From positions 1,364,001 to 1,428,000 of the forward strand of contig NW_027117340.1 of NCBI RefSeq assembly GCF_038025025.1: DNA of 64,000 nt. The letters are read 5' to 3'. Every line of letters starts with the position of its first letter. Positions within the stretch are counted from its first letter, which is position 1. Below the pieces are notes generated by a model, which had not been told where the DNA came from, ran no database searches, and saw nothing but the letters and a program-made list of their open reading frames with translations. Positions 25,401 through 39,093 of this stretch are shown here, piece after piece. The position numbers were made by a program, and so were the translations under genes. The DNA is from Phyllosticta citribraziliensis. Lineage: Eukaryota.

Positions 25401-26413
25401 TCGTTCGCCGCTTACTGGGTGAGGTGGTAGACACGTTTTGCATATGGACTGGCTGATTGACTGGCACTATTTTCAGCTTTTCTACGCATGGCAGGCACAT
25501 GGTTGCGGCGTATGCAGATGGGTTCAGAATTTCACGACTCTCCCCTTTTGGACTTGACTATGCATGGCTTGGCCGCATCTCGGCTCTCAGATAGACTATA
25601 CTCACAATAAAGGCTGTAGGAATGGACAACTGCTCCCTATGCGCGACTGCAGCAGTGCGTGAATACCCTCAGCGCACTTGCATTTCCAGGAAGTCTCATT
25701 TCTTTCGGCACCCACTGTCGAGCTTCAAGCACGCTTACTGTTCGATGACCTGCATTTTCAACTTGTTTCATTGGATTGCATGTTCTGCTGTACATATTGA
25801 AAGCAAAGCCAGGTCTGTGTCTCCGCCATTTCGATATTGCCATTCTTCTGCCGAACTCCTTGGGTCCCAGATCCACTCAAGACTGACCCGTAGCAGTGGC
25901 AAAGCCCTGCTCTGCTTCAAGTGTTGTCGCAATGTTTCGACCAGAAGCAAAAGGACCAAGGAAACTGTCCAGGGACTGTAGTGTCGAGGGCAAGTATGAA
26001 TACAAATCAAGAAGGTAACCAGTGGGATGGGGCATTAGGGATTGACTGAAACGATCAAAGAAAGGAGAGACCAAGTTAGGGTGTCGTCGTGCGTCGTGTC
26101 GAATCGTCATGTCGACGTGTCGGAAAGCGGTGTCGAGCCGTGACATGGTATTGCACGTGATGACTGAACAGGATCGGCGGTTCGTGCTGAATAGCAGTCG
26201 AGTATCTTCGTAACGAGGCTCGGATGCTATTCGTCGTTGAACTTTTGCAGAAAGCAATCAATCTTCTCCAAAGTCGCGGCTGAGGCGTCGCTCGCAGATT
26301 CCTAGCCACGACAGAGTCTTGTACGTTTGTCGCGACTTTCGAGTGGAAGCAGTCCGCAGAGACGTAAGAGCGTTACGCAGGGTCGAGTCTACAGGTCAGA
26401 GTTAGTGTGCCCA

Positions 26414-29400
26414 TCACGAATGACGGTTCTTTGGGGTGTGCCGACCAGAACGACTGAGAGCAGCAGCACTCGCAGTCGTGGTCGCAACACCTCCCGCAGG
26501 CGCAACACTTCCATCACCTCCGAGCATCCTGTTGATGGCAACGAGACTCTCGTGCATCATTTCTTGGTGCATGCCAGCCTCTCGAGCGGCTTGCTCAGCC
26601 TGCTCCCTCGCAATGTTCGCCTTCTTCATGCACTCAACAGCTGTGATCAGGGCACTGGCGGCAGCCAGCATTTGTGCTCTCCTAGGACCATCGGTCTCCT
26701 CGTGGGCCAAGTTGACGAACTTCATTGCAATGTTGGTAGCGTCCAGCATTTCGGTCTGGCCAGATTCGAAAGTCTTCTCGGCAGCTTCAGGCGGATGTTC
26801 GGGAAGGGCTTTTTCCGCCAGGTGTGAAGGTGTACGCTTCTGTCTCAGATTCGAAATTCGCTTCTTCGAGTGAGTCGACAATGCGTTGCTGGGCACCTCA
26901 GGGACAGGGCTACTGGTTGGCGTCATTTGACCATCGGTTCGCTTCTTACCCGATCCCTTGAGGTCTGTACTCTTCTTGTGAAAGAGGCCCCGGAAACCAG
27001 TGGCCAGCTTACTTCTAGTTGTAGACTTGTGCCTGTTTGCAACGGAAGCGTTTGGGGTCTCTGTGAGAGTGCTAAGAGAGGTGTTGTGGTCGTTGGTGTC
27101 GACAGTCTTGGATTGCGGGAAAGAAGATGGGTCGTGGCAAACACCATGCGCAAGGCCTCGCGGAGAACGAACGCTTCGGGAAATCTGAGTGTTGTCTCGA
27201 CCATGCGGCGTGGCCAGAAACTGCTTCTGCTCCTTGTTCGGTGGGCGACGAGCTGACGGAGCTGGGTCCTTCGCCGGCACTGGGGGCCTCAACGAGGCAG
27301 TCGAAGGTACAGAAGCACGGCGCCGATCATCCTTCCCGGTTGACTGACCAGTAGATGGGCGCGGCGCCCTTTCAGAAGTGTTTGCTGAAATCGGTCGACC
27401 AGTCGCACCCTGGCTGCTTTTGACCATGCTTGAACGAGCGCTCGGAACCGATGAACGCTTCTTGCCGGTAAATTTCTTGACGATTCCGGCTGCACCATCA
27501 GGATTGGCAGGTTGAGTCGACGAACGCTTCTTGTCGGTGAACTTTTTGACCATTGTGGCGGCACCATCGAGGCCGGCAGGTGGGAGCAGCTCTGTCGCGC
27601 TACCTTCAAGCCGCGCAAGCGTCAAGGTGTGATCTTGGAGCTTCGATGCCGTATCCTTTGGTTGGTCGTCATCAGAGATTGAGGAACTACGGTCGAGGCG
27701 GGTGTCGTCTGATGAGAGAACACTTCCATTTGCCGCGTCGCGGTCGATGCTTTGTTTGCAATGGCTTGGGCGATCCGAAACTGTCAAGTGCTCAGTAAAA
27801 ATGGAAGATTCACGAAGGCGTAGGCTTGGTCTGCGAGGGACTACGCTACCCTTGTGTGATGGAGCACGAGAGGGTATCGGAGGTGTAGGAGCCTCATGAC
27901 TCGCCAAAGCACTCGCATCTGCGCGCAAGCCAATATTAGTCAATGTCCGGACCGCAGCTGTGGATTCGTGGGTCATTACCATCTTCACCTTGCTTCCCCA
28001 CGCCGTGAGACTCGTGACAGTGCTCGCGGGAAGCATCCATGGACTCAGACGTGGCACTGTAGGCTTGGAAATCTCTGGCCGAGCCGCTGTACGTAGGGAT
28101 GCGTCGTGGTCCACGTCTCATGAGGGTGCTTGCGCCCGGTTCGTCGTCCATGCAAATCGTATCTTCATCCTCAATGGTGGACAGTGAGGGGTCAAAGGGA
28201 GCCGTGTCAGAGACAGCGGTTTCTATCGAGGAAAATGTGGCATAAGCGACAGGAGGGCTCGGAGTGGACGGAGATCTCGTTGGGACAGGAATGGCGCTCT
28301 TTTTGCGCGTCGAGTTCTGTTCATGCTGCGGAGACATGATGCTTTGGGGAGCGTTCCTACGAAGAGGCTGCTGGGCCCTCGCCTGAGGGGCAGCTCCTAC
28401 AAAGCGAGGAATGAAGCCGTTGGGCGACTTGGCAGCAGATTTCTTGTGCTCCGGGCTCATGTGGCGCGGTGGAATATCAATCAATTTGGCCTTGGAGTGC
28501 AGGAAGCTCTTGACAGTCGTGTCAGACTGCGAGGTAGTTGGACGGTTCTCATCGCTGGCACTTGACTGGGCGGTCAAAGCCTGTTGGTGCTGTGGACGAC
28601 TTGGGTCAGCGCTGATAACTACGAACGACTCAGGTCGTGCCGCTTACCTGGCCGTCTTTCGGCTCGTTGGCCTGATTCTCGATATTTTCTCCCGGCGGAG
28701 ACGCAGAAGGACCGCCAGGTGTCAGGAGCTTGATGGTCATTCGCTCTTGGTCATGGTTTCCAGCCATTTCATCACTTGGCACACTGCTGTCGACTGAGTG
28801 AAGCTGGGCGAACGTCTGCAGCGCGTGTGGTGTCGAAGGCTGCGAAGGGTAGAGGACAGGCCACTCCTTCTCGTCTGGCGTGCCGATGGAGACATGAAGC
28901 GGGCATTCCATGGCATCAATGAGAGTTCTACTCTCTTTGGGAGGACTCGTGGTCACCACCTGAGCAAGGGGCAAGCCGGGAAGTGGTTTGTCCTGTGGAG
29001 AGATGGGAGTTGAAGTCGACGAACATGCACGCATCTGCGCCTTGTCAGTCTCATTACACAATGCAGGGCAGGCTTACCTACCGTAAGCGGGCTGTCTGCG
29101 CGAGCAGCTTTCTCACATTGCTCACTTCCTGTCTCATTCTCATTGTTGATACGACGGCGATCACCGCGCTTTGCTCCAAATGACAAAGCAAGAAGGGTGT
29201 GAGGAGTCGGCGCGCGCTTGTGCGATTTTGTAGTTGGAGTGACGCTTCGAGATGATGAAGAGGTGGTACCGGTCATGAAGCGAGGCGATGCTTTGTCACC
29301 GTCATCCATGTCAGCATTGAGGCGCTTCTCGTCCGGCTTGCGCAGATTCTCCTGGCGCCTAGGGTGCGGATCGATGGGAAAAGGAATGGCAGAGCGACCA

Positions 29401-29441
29401 GGCCTGTGAGCCTTGGTGCGCTCAATGAGCGGACCAGGCAT
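26414..29441 (-). CDS. Large S/P/T/R-rich hypothetical protein (about 950 aa, 4 exons) with a helical C-terminal segment
   Basis: ORFs 28953-29441, 28630-29061, 27936-28577 and 26414-28114 join in phase through GT..CTRAY..CAG introns (about 29041-29081, 28590-28647, 27920-27978). No recognisable enzyme domain. Confidence 0.7.
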
Positions 29442-30367
29442 GCTGGCGAAAAGAGAAGGTCAGGTTCGATGGATGGAGACAGGATATAACCGAATGTGGG
29501 ACAAGGAGAAGTGGCGGCAGCGCAGAAGAAGCTGATGGCAGTGAGGAAGAGGCGCAAATGAATGACAGAAGCTTGAAGTCGGAAATGCGTCTCGGTGGTG
29601 TGGTGTGGGGTGGAGAGGAGTTGGGGTCGGGTGTTGGCGAAGGGAAGCCCAGACTTGACAGGCGCTCGCAGGCGCCTTCCTCGACCGACATTGATGAGAA
29701 TCCAAGTCTCAATGCGTCACAGCGAATTAACACTTGGCTTCCCAAGCTACAATCAGATCATCTTCACGTAAACAAGACAAAGTAGTCATTTACGCCCCGC
29801 CGCACAAGGCGACTGCTCTTTCGCGACGGAACACCTCACTTTGAAGCCATCTACGTTGCTTCTGCCCAACCTACACCAACATGCTGTTGCATTTTTATGA
29901 AACTAGTGGTGACAATGATCAAGGTCAAGGTATTTTGTGAGTTCCAGCGTCCTCTTTCCGGTGGAAGCTATGGAGGTCATATTCCATAACATTTTGACAA
30001 GCACTGGAGGCCGAGCTGGGATACAGAGGCAGGATCGCTCATGGGTGCTAGATGGAGTAATGTGGTAGTCGATGGAAAGAGTCGAAGAGGGAGCTGGAGA
30101 GGACGGCGAAGGAGCGGAGGTCGCCACTAGGCCGGAAATCGGACTTTCTTTGGTCCATGAAAGGCGAAACCTGAGGCTCCAACGGCACTCCCAAGCCCGC
30201 GGCGGGAGAGCGGGAGATCGGCAAAGCCAGCACTGCACTGCACGAAGATGCCAGCTTGATGCCCGCATCTCGTCTTCTTTGCTCTTCTTTGCGCGACGTC
30301 TTTCTCTCATAAAACCATGGAGCCTTCGCCCTGACACTCTCTTCGTCCAACCGTACCCAATTCCAAA

Positions 30368-32054
30368 ATGGTCTACGACAAGGCCGCCAAAGAGGCTTTC
30401 GTCTCCAACCTGACTGGAGGCACAGTGTGGGAAATCAACACCGTGACTCTGGTTGCGCCGGTACGTGTAGCTTCGGTATACCTGGTGCTTGACGCTAACT
30501 TTGCTGTCGCAGGCTGCTGTCCTTCTATGGTCAGTCCTCCAGGCGCGCCAAAGCTTCTTCACCCCCTACACAGTCGCCGCTGCTGTCACCGACGTCTTGT
30601 TGAACTGCATCGCCATCCTCCTCGCTACCACTCTCTACTCAGACTCGCCGTGGCTATTGAATGCCCTTCTCATATCGCATGCAGTCTTTGTGTCTTTTGC
30701 GTCAGCGCCGCCGAGCACTCATAGCCATGCCCGAGCTCCATCGTCTTCGAGGGCAGACGCCCAAACGGCCGCAAGAGATCCCCTGCCGCTGAAGCCATTT
30801 GTCACGACATGGCGGGGCGCGATGATGGTCATAACCTGCGTGGCTATATTGGCCGTGGATTTCAAGATATTTCCCAGGCGCTTTGCCAAGGTGGAGAATT
30901 GGGGCACGTCGTTGATGGACCTGGGCGTTGGCTCCTTCGTCTTCTCCGCCGGCGTCGTGTCTGCGAGAGCTATCCTCAAACAGCAAGCCAGTCGCAGCTC
31001 CACGTCGCTGGGGAAACGACTGTACGCTTCTTTCCGACACTCCCTCCCTCTCCTTGTATTGGGACTTGTCCGTCTGTACAGCGTCAAGGGCCTGGATTAT
31101 GCGGAGCATGTCACCGAATACGGCGTGCATTGGAACTTTTTCTTCACGCTCGGCTTCCTGCCGCCATTTGTAGCACTCTTCGAGTCTGCCTTTTCCCTCA
31201 TTCCGTCTTACGCTGCCCTGTCTCTCATATTGGGTCTTGCATATGAAATCGCCCTCGACTTCACGGACCTGACGGCCCTCATCGTCGCCGCTCCGCGCAA
31301 GAACCTCTTCCTCCAAAATCGCGAGGGCATCTTTTCCTTCCTTGGATACCTGGCCATTTTTCTCGCTGGCCGCTCCACCGGCATGTACATATTACCACGG
31401 AATCTGGCCCCTGCCTCTGCTCCACCGAGCTCCTCGAGCAGCTCGCCATCCCGCAGCCGCAGCAGCAGCACTCGACACCCTTCCGCCATTCGTCTCGTCC
31501 AAGAAGCGCTCCGCGAACTCGGCACCGAGCTACGCGTTCAGCGCTTCAACCCATTCCGCGTCCACCTCTCAAATCTTCCCTCAACCTCAACCCTCCTCTC
31601 GCACCCCCTGCCGCGTCTCATCCTCTGGACTCTCCTATGGACATCTCTCTACCGTCTCAGCACTTCCTACTACGTTCTCAACCTGCGGCCCTCGCGCCGA
31701 CTTGCCAACCTTCCCTACTACCTGTGGGTTGCAGCCTTCAACAGTGGCCAACTCGCCGTCTTCTGCGCCGTCGAAGCCCTCACCTTCCCGGACCTCTACT
31801 CCAACAAGAAGACATCACCCGAGCAGGAGCGCCGTCGCTGCAAGAACGCAACTAGCCGTGTGCTGTGGGCGTTTAATCGTAATGGTCTTGCCGTTTTCTT
31901 GTTGGCGAATTTGCTTACGGGGTTGATCAATTTGGCGGTGCCGACGCTACAAGTTGGTGAGATGGTGGCTGCCGGATTATTAGTATTATATGTGGCTGTG
32001 CTGAGCGCTGTGGCATTGGCGCTGGATGCTTGGGATGTGTCGGTGAAGCTGTAG
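30368..32054 (+). CDS. GWT1: GPI inositol acyltransferase (GPI-anchored wall transfer protein 1)
   Basis: Exon 1 KEAFVSNLTGGTVWEI, intron 30461-30512. Motifs ILAVDFKIFPRRFAKVENWGTSLMDLGVGSFVFS, YAEHVTEYGVHWNFFFTLG, NREGIFSFLGY, SRRLANLPY and NRNGLAVFLLANLLTGLIN. Confidence 0.96.
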
Positions 32055-32527
32055 CAATTGGCTTGGGTTTGGCGGTCTGCTTGAACCTGTGAATATCCAG
32101 TAGCATGGTAGTCGTAGACTTTGCATGTGTTGAAGCAAAATATACCCATCCATTTACCATTCACTTTGTCGATCCACTTGAGACAGCCCTGTGCACGCAG
32201 CGTCAAGCTTCACGGAGGTTGGCAATTTGTCACCATCGGGCCAAAATACCCAAGTTACACGTAGAAGCTGGCATTCAGTGGTCAATACGATGTCTAACCA
32301 AGCTCGAACGATATTCCAATTGGTCACATTAAAACCACACGTCTTGTTTGACACTATTGACTTCGCTCAACAATTGCTCTTGTGATCAGATCGCGTGAGA
32401 ACCCTGCGGCGGTCGTAGCTTTTGGAAGTTGAATATACAATATAAATCAACAATCGCGGAGACGTACCTACAGCCCGAGCCCCAAGCCCCCGGAAGTCTT
32501 CCCAAAAAGTAGTGGAACCGCCTACCC

Positions 32528-33305
32528 TTACCAGGACCCCTTCTTCTTTTCCTTTTTGCCCACAGGCTCTGCCGCGTCTCCGCGCTCCAGCCTTTCGACA
32601 AAAGCGTGCCCCAATTCCTTGTGAGCCTTCCTAATCGTGCCCTCGACAAAAGCCTTGACAGCCCACGGACACGTCACGGTGGCCGTCTCGCGGAGCAGCA
32701 ACTTCTCGCCCTCACCGGCGCCCTTGTCCTCCGCCGAAGAAGAAACGACCCACACACTCCTCGACTCGACGCCCAACGCCGCGCGCACGACCGTCTCCAG
32801 CCCGCCGTCCGCCCGGTCGACGAAGCGCGCCGCGTACGTCGTCCGGCTGCTCCACAGCCCGCCCGGCAGCAACGGCAGCGTGTCCGTGATGCGGTACGTG
32901 GCGCTAGCCTCCTCGTGCTGCTGGTGCTGGTGCTGGTGCTGCTGCTGCCCCTCCGCCACAGCGCCTGCGACGGAGGAGGGGTCGGGTGGAGGGAGCGAGG
33001 CGGCGGCCGCGTCGTCCGGGTCGCAGAGCGCGTAGGACTCGACGAGCGGGTTGAGCTCGATCATGGCGGCGTGGTTGTGTAGGAGGGCGGCGGCGGCCGC
33101 GCGTGCAGCGGATGTGGCATTGTTGTTGTTGGGTTTGGAGGAGGGGAGCGCGGTTATTGTTTCGACGACGAAGGTCGCTGGCGCTAGGGGTGCTGCGTTG
33201 AGGCTTGTGTTTTAGCTTTGATGTGCTGCTGTTTAGGATGAGAAGGGGATGCGGAACGTAGTCGTTTGGAGAGAATTGACAGGTGGACGTACAAAAGAGT
33301 GGCAT
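32528..33305 (-). CDS. Conserved fungal hypothetical protein (DUF7053-like)
   Basis: Exon 1 33293-33305 (MPLFS), GTACGT intron, then ...LLHNHAAMIELNPLV...YRITDTLPLLPGGLWS...DGGLETVVRAALGVESRSVW...FVEGTIRKAHKEL. High GC3. Confidence 0.72.
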
Positions 33306-34120
33306 CGTTGTGGTTGAAGCAAGAAAGGTACGTTCAGGTCAACGCGCATCAGGTAAGGATGGCACGGGCAGTAGTGCGGGCAGCTGGGATCCAGGCACGC
33401 TCGACAGGGGACCTCCGGCTTGATGATGTCAAAAACGGAATGTTTGGAATTCGACCACCGTCAATTATATATTTATCATCTGCGTGAACAAGAAAAAAAT
33501 GGAGCATCATTGAGCTGAGTGGAGCTGCAAAGCAGTTTGATCAAACAATCGTGAGGGAGAAAAGTAAACAAAGTATTTCAAATGCAATTGCTTCCAGCTA
33601 CGAATTTACGGCTGAAAATAGACAAGGAAGTTGTGGGCGGGGGATCTACTGGTGCATCAGTTGAGTGGAGGCACAGAAGCTATGCAGGGTCCAAGTAATG
33701 GATCAAGGCTTCGTGTGATGTGGCACACAGTCTCCGCCGCTGAAGACTTGAACCACCATGCCGTTGCTTGAACAGCTTCTAGGTTTAGAAAGATACCGTA
33801 TACACAGCGATGCTTCTTGCCATCTCTCAATACTTGAGGATTTTCCTTCGCTCTCGTTGTCCGGCAGGTAAGAGCCCTGACTTGTCGCACCAAGCTCGAA
33901 GGTCAAATCGAACATACATCACAAAAGCCCGCTTCCGCATCCCGTATACCTACATACCATCCCACTCCTTACGAGCAATCGTTCCAGATCCTCATACCAA
34001 AAAAATTACGCAAGGCCGCAATTCCCAGCGAACCAACGCACCGACCAATCAAGCCAGCCCCCTGGCATGATGCACATACCCCTCCGCGCCCCCTGAACAC
34101 CCATGTAAGAAAAGGTCAAA

Positions 34121-34239
34121 ACGTACAACAGCCGGGATTCGCTGCTGGTCACCCACGCAACTACTAATCGGCCGCAAGGTAGCTTATCTATGGAAGAGCG
34201 GACGGGGTTCCGAGTTTTCTACCTGCTATGGTCGTACGT
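34121..34239 (-). rRNA. Dispersed 5S rRNA gene (119 nt)
   Basis: Minus strand reads ACGTACGACCATAGCAGGTAGAAAACTCGGAACCCCGTCCGCTC...TTAGTAGTTGCGTGGGTGACCAGCAGCGAATCCCGGCTGTTGTACGT. Helix I ends pair, T-runs follow (Pol III terminator), and TATAA sits at -29 to -25 (34264-34268). Confidence 0.96.
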
Positions 34240-34548
34240 GGAAATTGGAGGCAGCAAAAGTGATTATACACAAGATGACGCTGGGGATGTGAGCTTGAAC
34301 AAAGCAGAATCAAGGACTTAGCAGGAGTTAAAGAGAGCCACATGTCTCAAAAACGGGAAGAATGGTCAGAGAGTGTGTGGGTAGAGTAGAGTTGTGTTGG
34401 GTGTCAGATTGTATTCTGGTGTCTTTTGTGTGTCTGCGCGTCTCCGCCGAGTCTCCATCAACCACCCTCTCTTTTTGCTCGTGCTGTGTATCGCAATCTC
34501 CATCATGTCGCTTCTGTTGCCAACGAGCCGTCTTACCACTGCGCCTCG

Positions 34549-36461
34549 CTATTCCGGGCGGCCTCTTCCCAGCCCCACCACATTGCGCAAGGTGCCGAAC
34601 GGCTGCACATCCGCAATGCGCTGAGCCCCCGTGAACAACATGACGAGGCGGTCGACGCCGCATCCCCAGCCGCCGGTAGGCGGGAGACCCCACTCGAGAG
34701 CCTCGATGTAATTCTCGTCGACGGCAGCGCCGAGGTCGCGCTGCTGGCCGCGCATGCCGAGCTGCTGGCGCAGCTTGCGGCGCTGCTCCCACGGCGAATT
34801 TTCCTCCTCGTACGCGTTGACGTATTCGCGGCCGCCGATGAAGAGCTCGACGCGCTGTGCGATGCGCTGGTTGGTCGACGGGCACACGAAGCTCTTGGCC
34901 AGCGGCGATATGGCTTCCGGGTGCTGCGTGATGAATGTTGGCCCAGTGCACTGCGGCTCGATGAATTTGGATGCTAGTCCATCGAGGAGCCGTGGCAGTG
35001 TTGGATCTGTTGGCAGGGCGAGGCCGAGGTCGGCGAAGAGGGAGACAAGGTCGCTGTGTGCGCTGGGCATGTGGAGCAGAGGCAGTGGCCGACCGATGGC
35101 AGCGGTGATGGTAGGGATGAACGGGAGGTGCGGATAGGGTGGTAGTGGCAGCGGATCTTGAGGTTCGAGGGTCCCCAGGAGCGGAGAGAGAGACGCGTCA
35201 TTGTGGAGGGATGAAATCGTCTTGGAAAGAGTTGAGAGTAGGGTTTCAGTGCGCGCAACGAGCTGGGGGAGAGTGGCGTAGGGCTCGTAGAATTCACATA
35301 TGGAAAACTCGGGATTGTGCGTTGCGTCGATGCCTGTGATTTGAGTGAGAATGCAATTGGTTTCAGCAGGAGAAGAGCAATGAACCTTCGTTACGGAAGA
35401 CAGAGCCGATTTCGTAGACGCGTTCGCCAGTGCCAATCACCATTCGTTTGAGGAAAAGCTCTGGGGCTATGCGCAATGTCAACGATTCATCCGGAAATTC
35501 TTGCGCGCGAGTCTCAAAAGGCGTGGCCGAAGCACCGCCAGCGCTCGCCGTAATTATTGGCGTGCTGACTTCGAGAAACTCGTTTTCTTCAAAGTACTTG
35601 CGCATGGTGCTAATGATGGTAGCACGGACGCGGAGAATGGCTGATCGCCGTTTGTGAACCAAGAAGTCTACGTGCGCTCGACGTGCAAGAATCTCGGGGT
35701 TCTCTATTGTGTCTGGGATCTGATGGAGAGACGGTGCCAGTGGTCGAGGTATCTCGGTAGCCAGGATGGAGATTTCGCCGGCCGTCGTTCTTGTGGGATG
35801 ACCGGTAATTGCTTGAACAGGTTAATCATGTCGAAGATCATCTCGAGGGGCAAGCCTTACAGTAGATGTCTCCCTTCCTGGCAATCTTGGAAAAGCGCTT
35901 GAAGTCATCGCGGACGACGCCATGCTTCTCCAACTCTCCAAAATTGCAAAGACCTTGTACGCTGTGGCCCCTGTCTTCAAGATCGATAAAGACTAGCTTT
36001 GAGCCAGAGGCGCGGCGGGAAAGCACTCGGCCTGGGCTCATCAGCTACTGTGTCTGGGCGGGTTGCTTCACAGGGCGGACGGGTCACAAATCGGCCAGCA
36101 AGTGGAAGAGAACCATATTATTGTTGCAGCTATCGTAGGACATACCAAAGACTGTGACCGTGATATCTCTCCTCACCTCATCGTTGTTGAGCGCCTGAAA
36201 CTCTTCACGTATCTGCTGTGCCGTCCTCGAATTGGAAACGCTGGGGTTCAGCGGGTAGTATCTGTCAAGATCTCCAGATTCCTGGAGCTGCTTCACTCTT
36301 TTGGCAAAGTCATTGGTGGTGTTTGCTGGAACATCCTTTGCCGTATGTTGAGATGCGAAACGGCGTTGGAATGCGATGTACGCTTTGGCGTGATCAGGCT
36401 TCGCTGTCCGCCGTAACGGCCGGTGCAGACACGGGCGAAGGAAACGGCACGCGGCGCTCAT
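34549..36461 (-). CDS. MSK1: Lysyl-tRNA synthetase class II, mitochondrial type
   Basis: Arg-rich, presequence-like N-terminus MSAACRFLRPCLHRPLRR. OB-fold SGSKLVFIDL, GGASATPFET, LRIAPELFLKR, motif 2 FRNEGIDATHNPEF, motif 3 GLPPTGGWGCGVDRLVM. Three introns. Confidence 0.92.
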
Positions 36462-36464
36462 CCT

Positions 36465-36471
36465 TGAGTCA
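36465..36471. promoter_or_regulatory. Gcn4/CpcA/CPC-1 response element TGAGTCA next to the LysRS start
   Basis: Exact TGASTCA consensus a few bases upstream of the MSK1 ATG, inside the MSK1/TIM10 divergent region. Confidence 0.35.
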
Positions 36472-36905
36472 ACAGTCAGCGTTGTGCATGACAGTAAAGT
36501 GCCAAATGTAGAGGAGGTGGGATAATTCAGTTTGGGTATAAGGAAAGTTGTAAAATCAACCGCCGAAGCGTCATTCGCAACGGTTCTAAAATTCTTGTTC
36601 ATCATAGAGGAGAGAGGATTGAGAGAACGAGATGGCGACGTACCTGTGAGCTTGGGGCCTCCGAAGCGCTGTTGGAGGCGCATTGGATGGAGGTGGAGGA
36701 GAGGTAGATGGGAGGACGTCGCAGCGGCCAAAAAATAGTGCGCCGGGAGCTTGGACCACCCAAAAACCTCGACAACGACATCACCGGCCGTCAAGCCTGC
36801 TTCAAGTTCACCTCTGCGCCCAAGCTCTTCCCCGCCTCCAACCCACGCCAAATCCAATCCGCGCCACCTTTTCCACATCAGCAACTCTACTTCCACTCGC
36901 CCAAC

Positions 36906-37262
36906 ATGTCTTTTCTCTTTGGTGGCCGCCAGCAGCCCTCGTCCGAGCAGAAGCTCGCTGCCGCCGAGGCCGAGGTCGAGATGGTCTCTGACATGTTCAA
37001 CCGGTATGTCGTCGCGCTCTTAGTCGCTATCCTGGCCCTTGGTACAGCCCTGCTGACGATCCAAAAACGCAGCCTCGTGTCCAGCTGCACCAAGAAGTGT
37101 ATCCCACCGACCTACCGCGAAGGCGACCTCGACAAGGCCGAGTCCGTTTGCCTCGACCGCTGCGTGAGCAAGTTCTTCGACGTCAACATGAAGATTTCCG
37201 AGAAGATGGCAGCGAACCAGAATGCGCAAAAGGCGGGCTCCGGCGGCATGTTTGGCATGTAA
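36906..37262 (+). CDS. TIM10: Mitochondrial intermembrane-space chaperone Tim10
   Basis: [31 protein letters not shown]...[22 protein letters not shown], a twin CX3C motif. Intron 37004-37072 (GTATGT..GCTGAC..CAG). Confidence 0.95.
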   Translation: MSFLFGGRQQPSSEQKLAAAEAEVEMVSDMFNRYVVALLVAILALGTALLTIQKRSLVSSCTKKCIPPTYREGDLDKAESVCLDRCVSKFFDVNMKISEKMAANQNAQKAGSGGMFGM

Positions 37263-37651
37263 GCGCAGCGGCGCAGATGTCGACATTTCAATCAATCGAG
37301 AATTGGCCACGGTGGAATCATTGCGCAGCGTTTTCAGCACAAAGTGGCGCTTATCAATTGCTGGCTCGGCGTACCGGTGCGTCTGGGGAAGGCCTCAACT
37401 CGGAGCGTAGCTCCTGGAATCTTGAGAACGATGAGGATGCCTGAAGCATCCCATTCGCAGCATGTCGCATGCTGTCACTCCACTTCATGTAAAAAGAAGG
37501 TCATTGGCGCCGTCATTTCGTCTGTAATTGGACAATATCATCACAAGTCTTGTGACTTTTCTCTACCTGAACGCCATCCCGTGCTATCAACGCATAGCCC
37601 GGTATTTTGCATAATCGACCCAAAATTGTTCATCATACGGCATGTCATAGT

Positions 37652-38930
<1,279 letters not shown>

Positions 38931-39086
38931 TTTTGCTGAACTTCTGCAGAAACGGCGGATAGGAGAGAGTTGGCGGAGGAAGTGATGAGACAGTTTGAGA
39001 GCGTTGGGTGCTTGTGACACGGTCAATGGCGTGGAGTTGTGGAGAGACGGAGCTTCAAATAATGCTGGCAAAAATGTCTGGAGTCG

Positions 39087-39093
39087 TGAGTCA
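39087..39093. promoter_or_regulatory. Gcn4/CpcA/CPC-1 response element TGAGTCA in the LYS1 promoter
   Basis: Exact TGASTCA about 160 bp upstream of the LYS1 ATG. Amino-acid biosynthesis genes are typical cross-pathway-control targets. Confidence 0.65.

Noticed and set aside
36708..36905. In-frame N-terminal extension of TIM10 (likewise LYS1 38931-39167 and DUF1479 45752-46012)
   Set aside because: Family similarity begins at the downstream ATGs, which have good context. The extensions look like open 5' UTR or promoter sequence.
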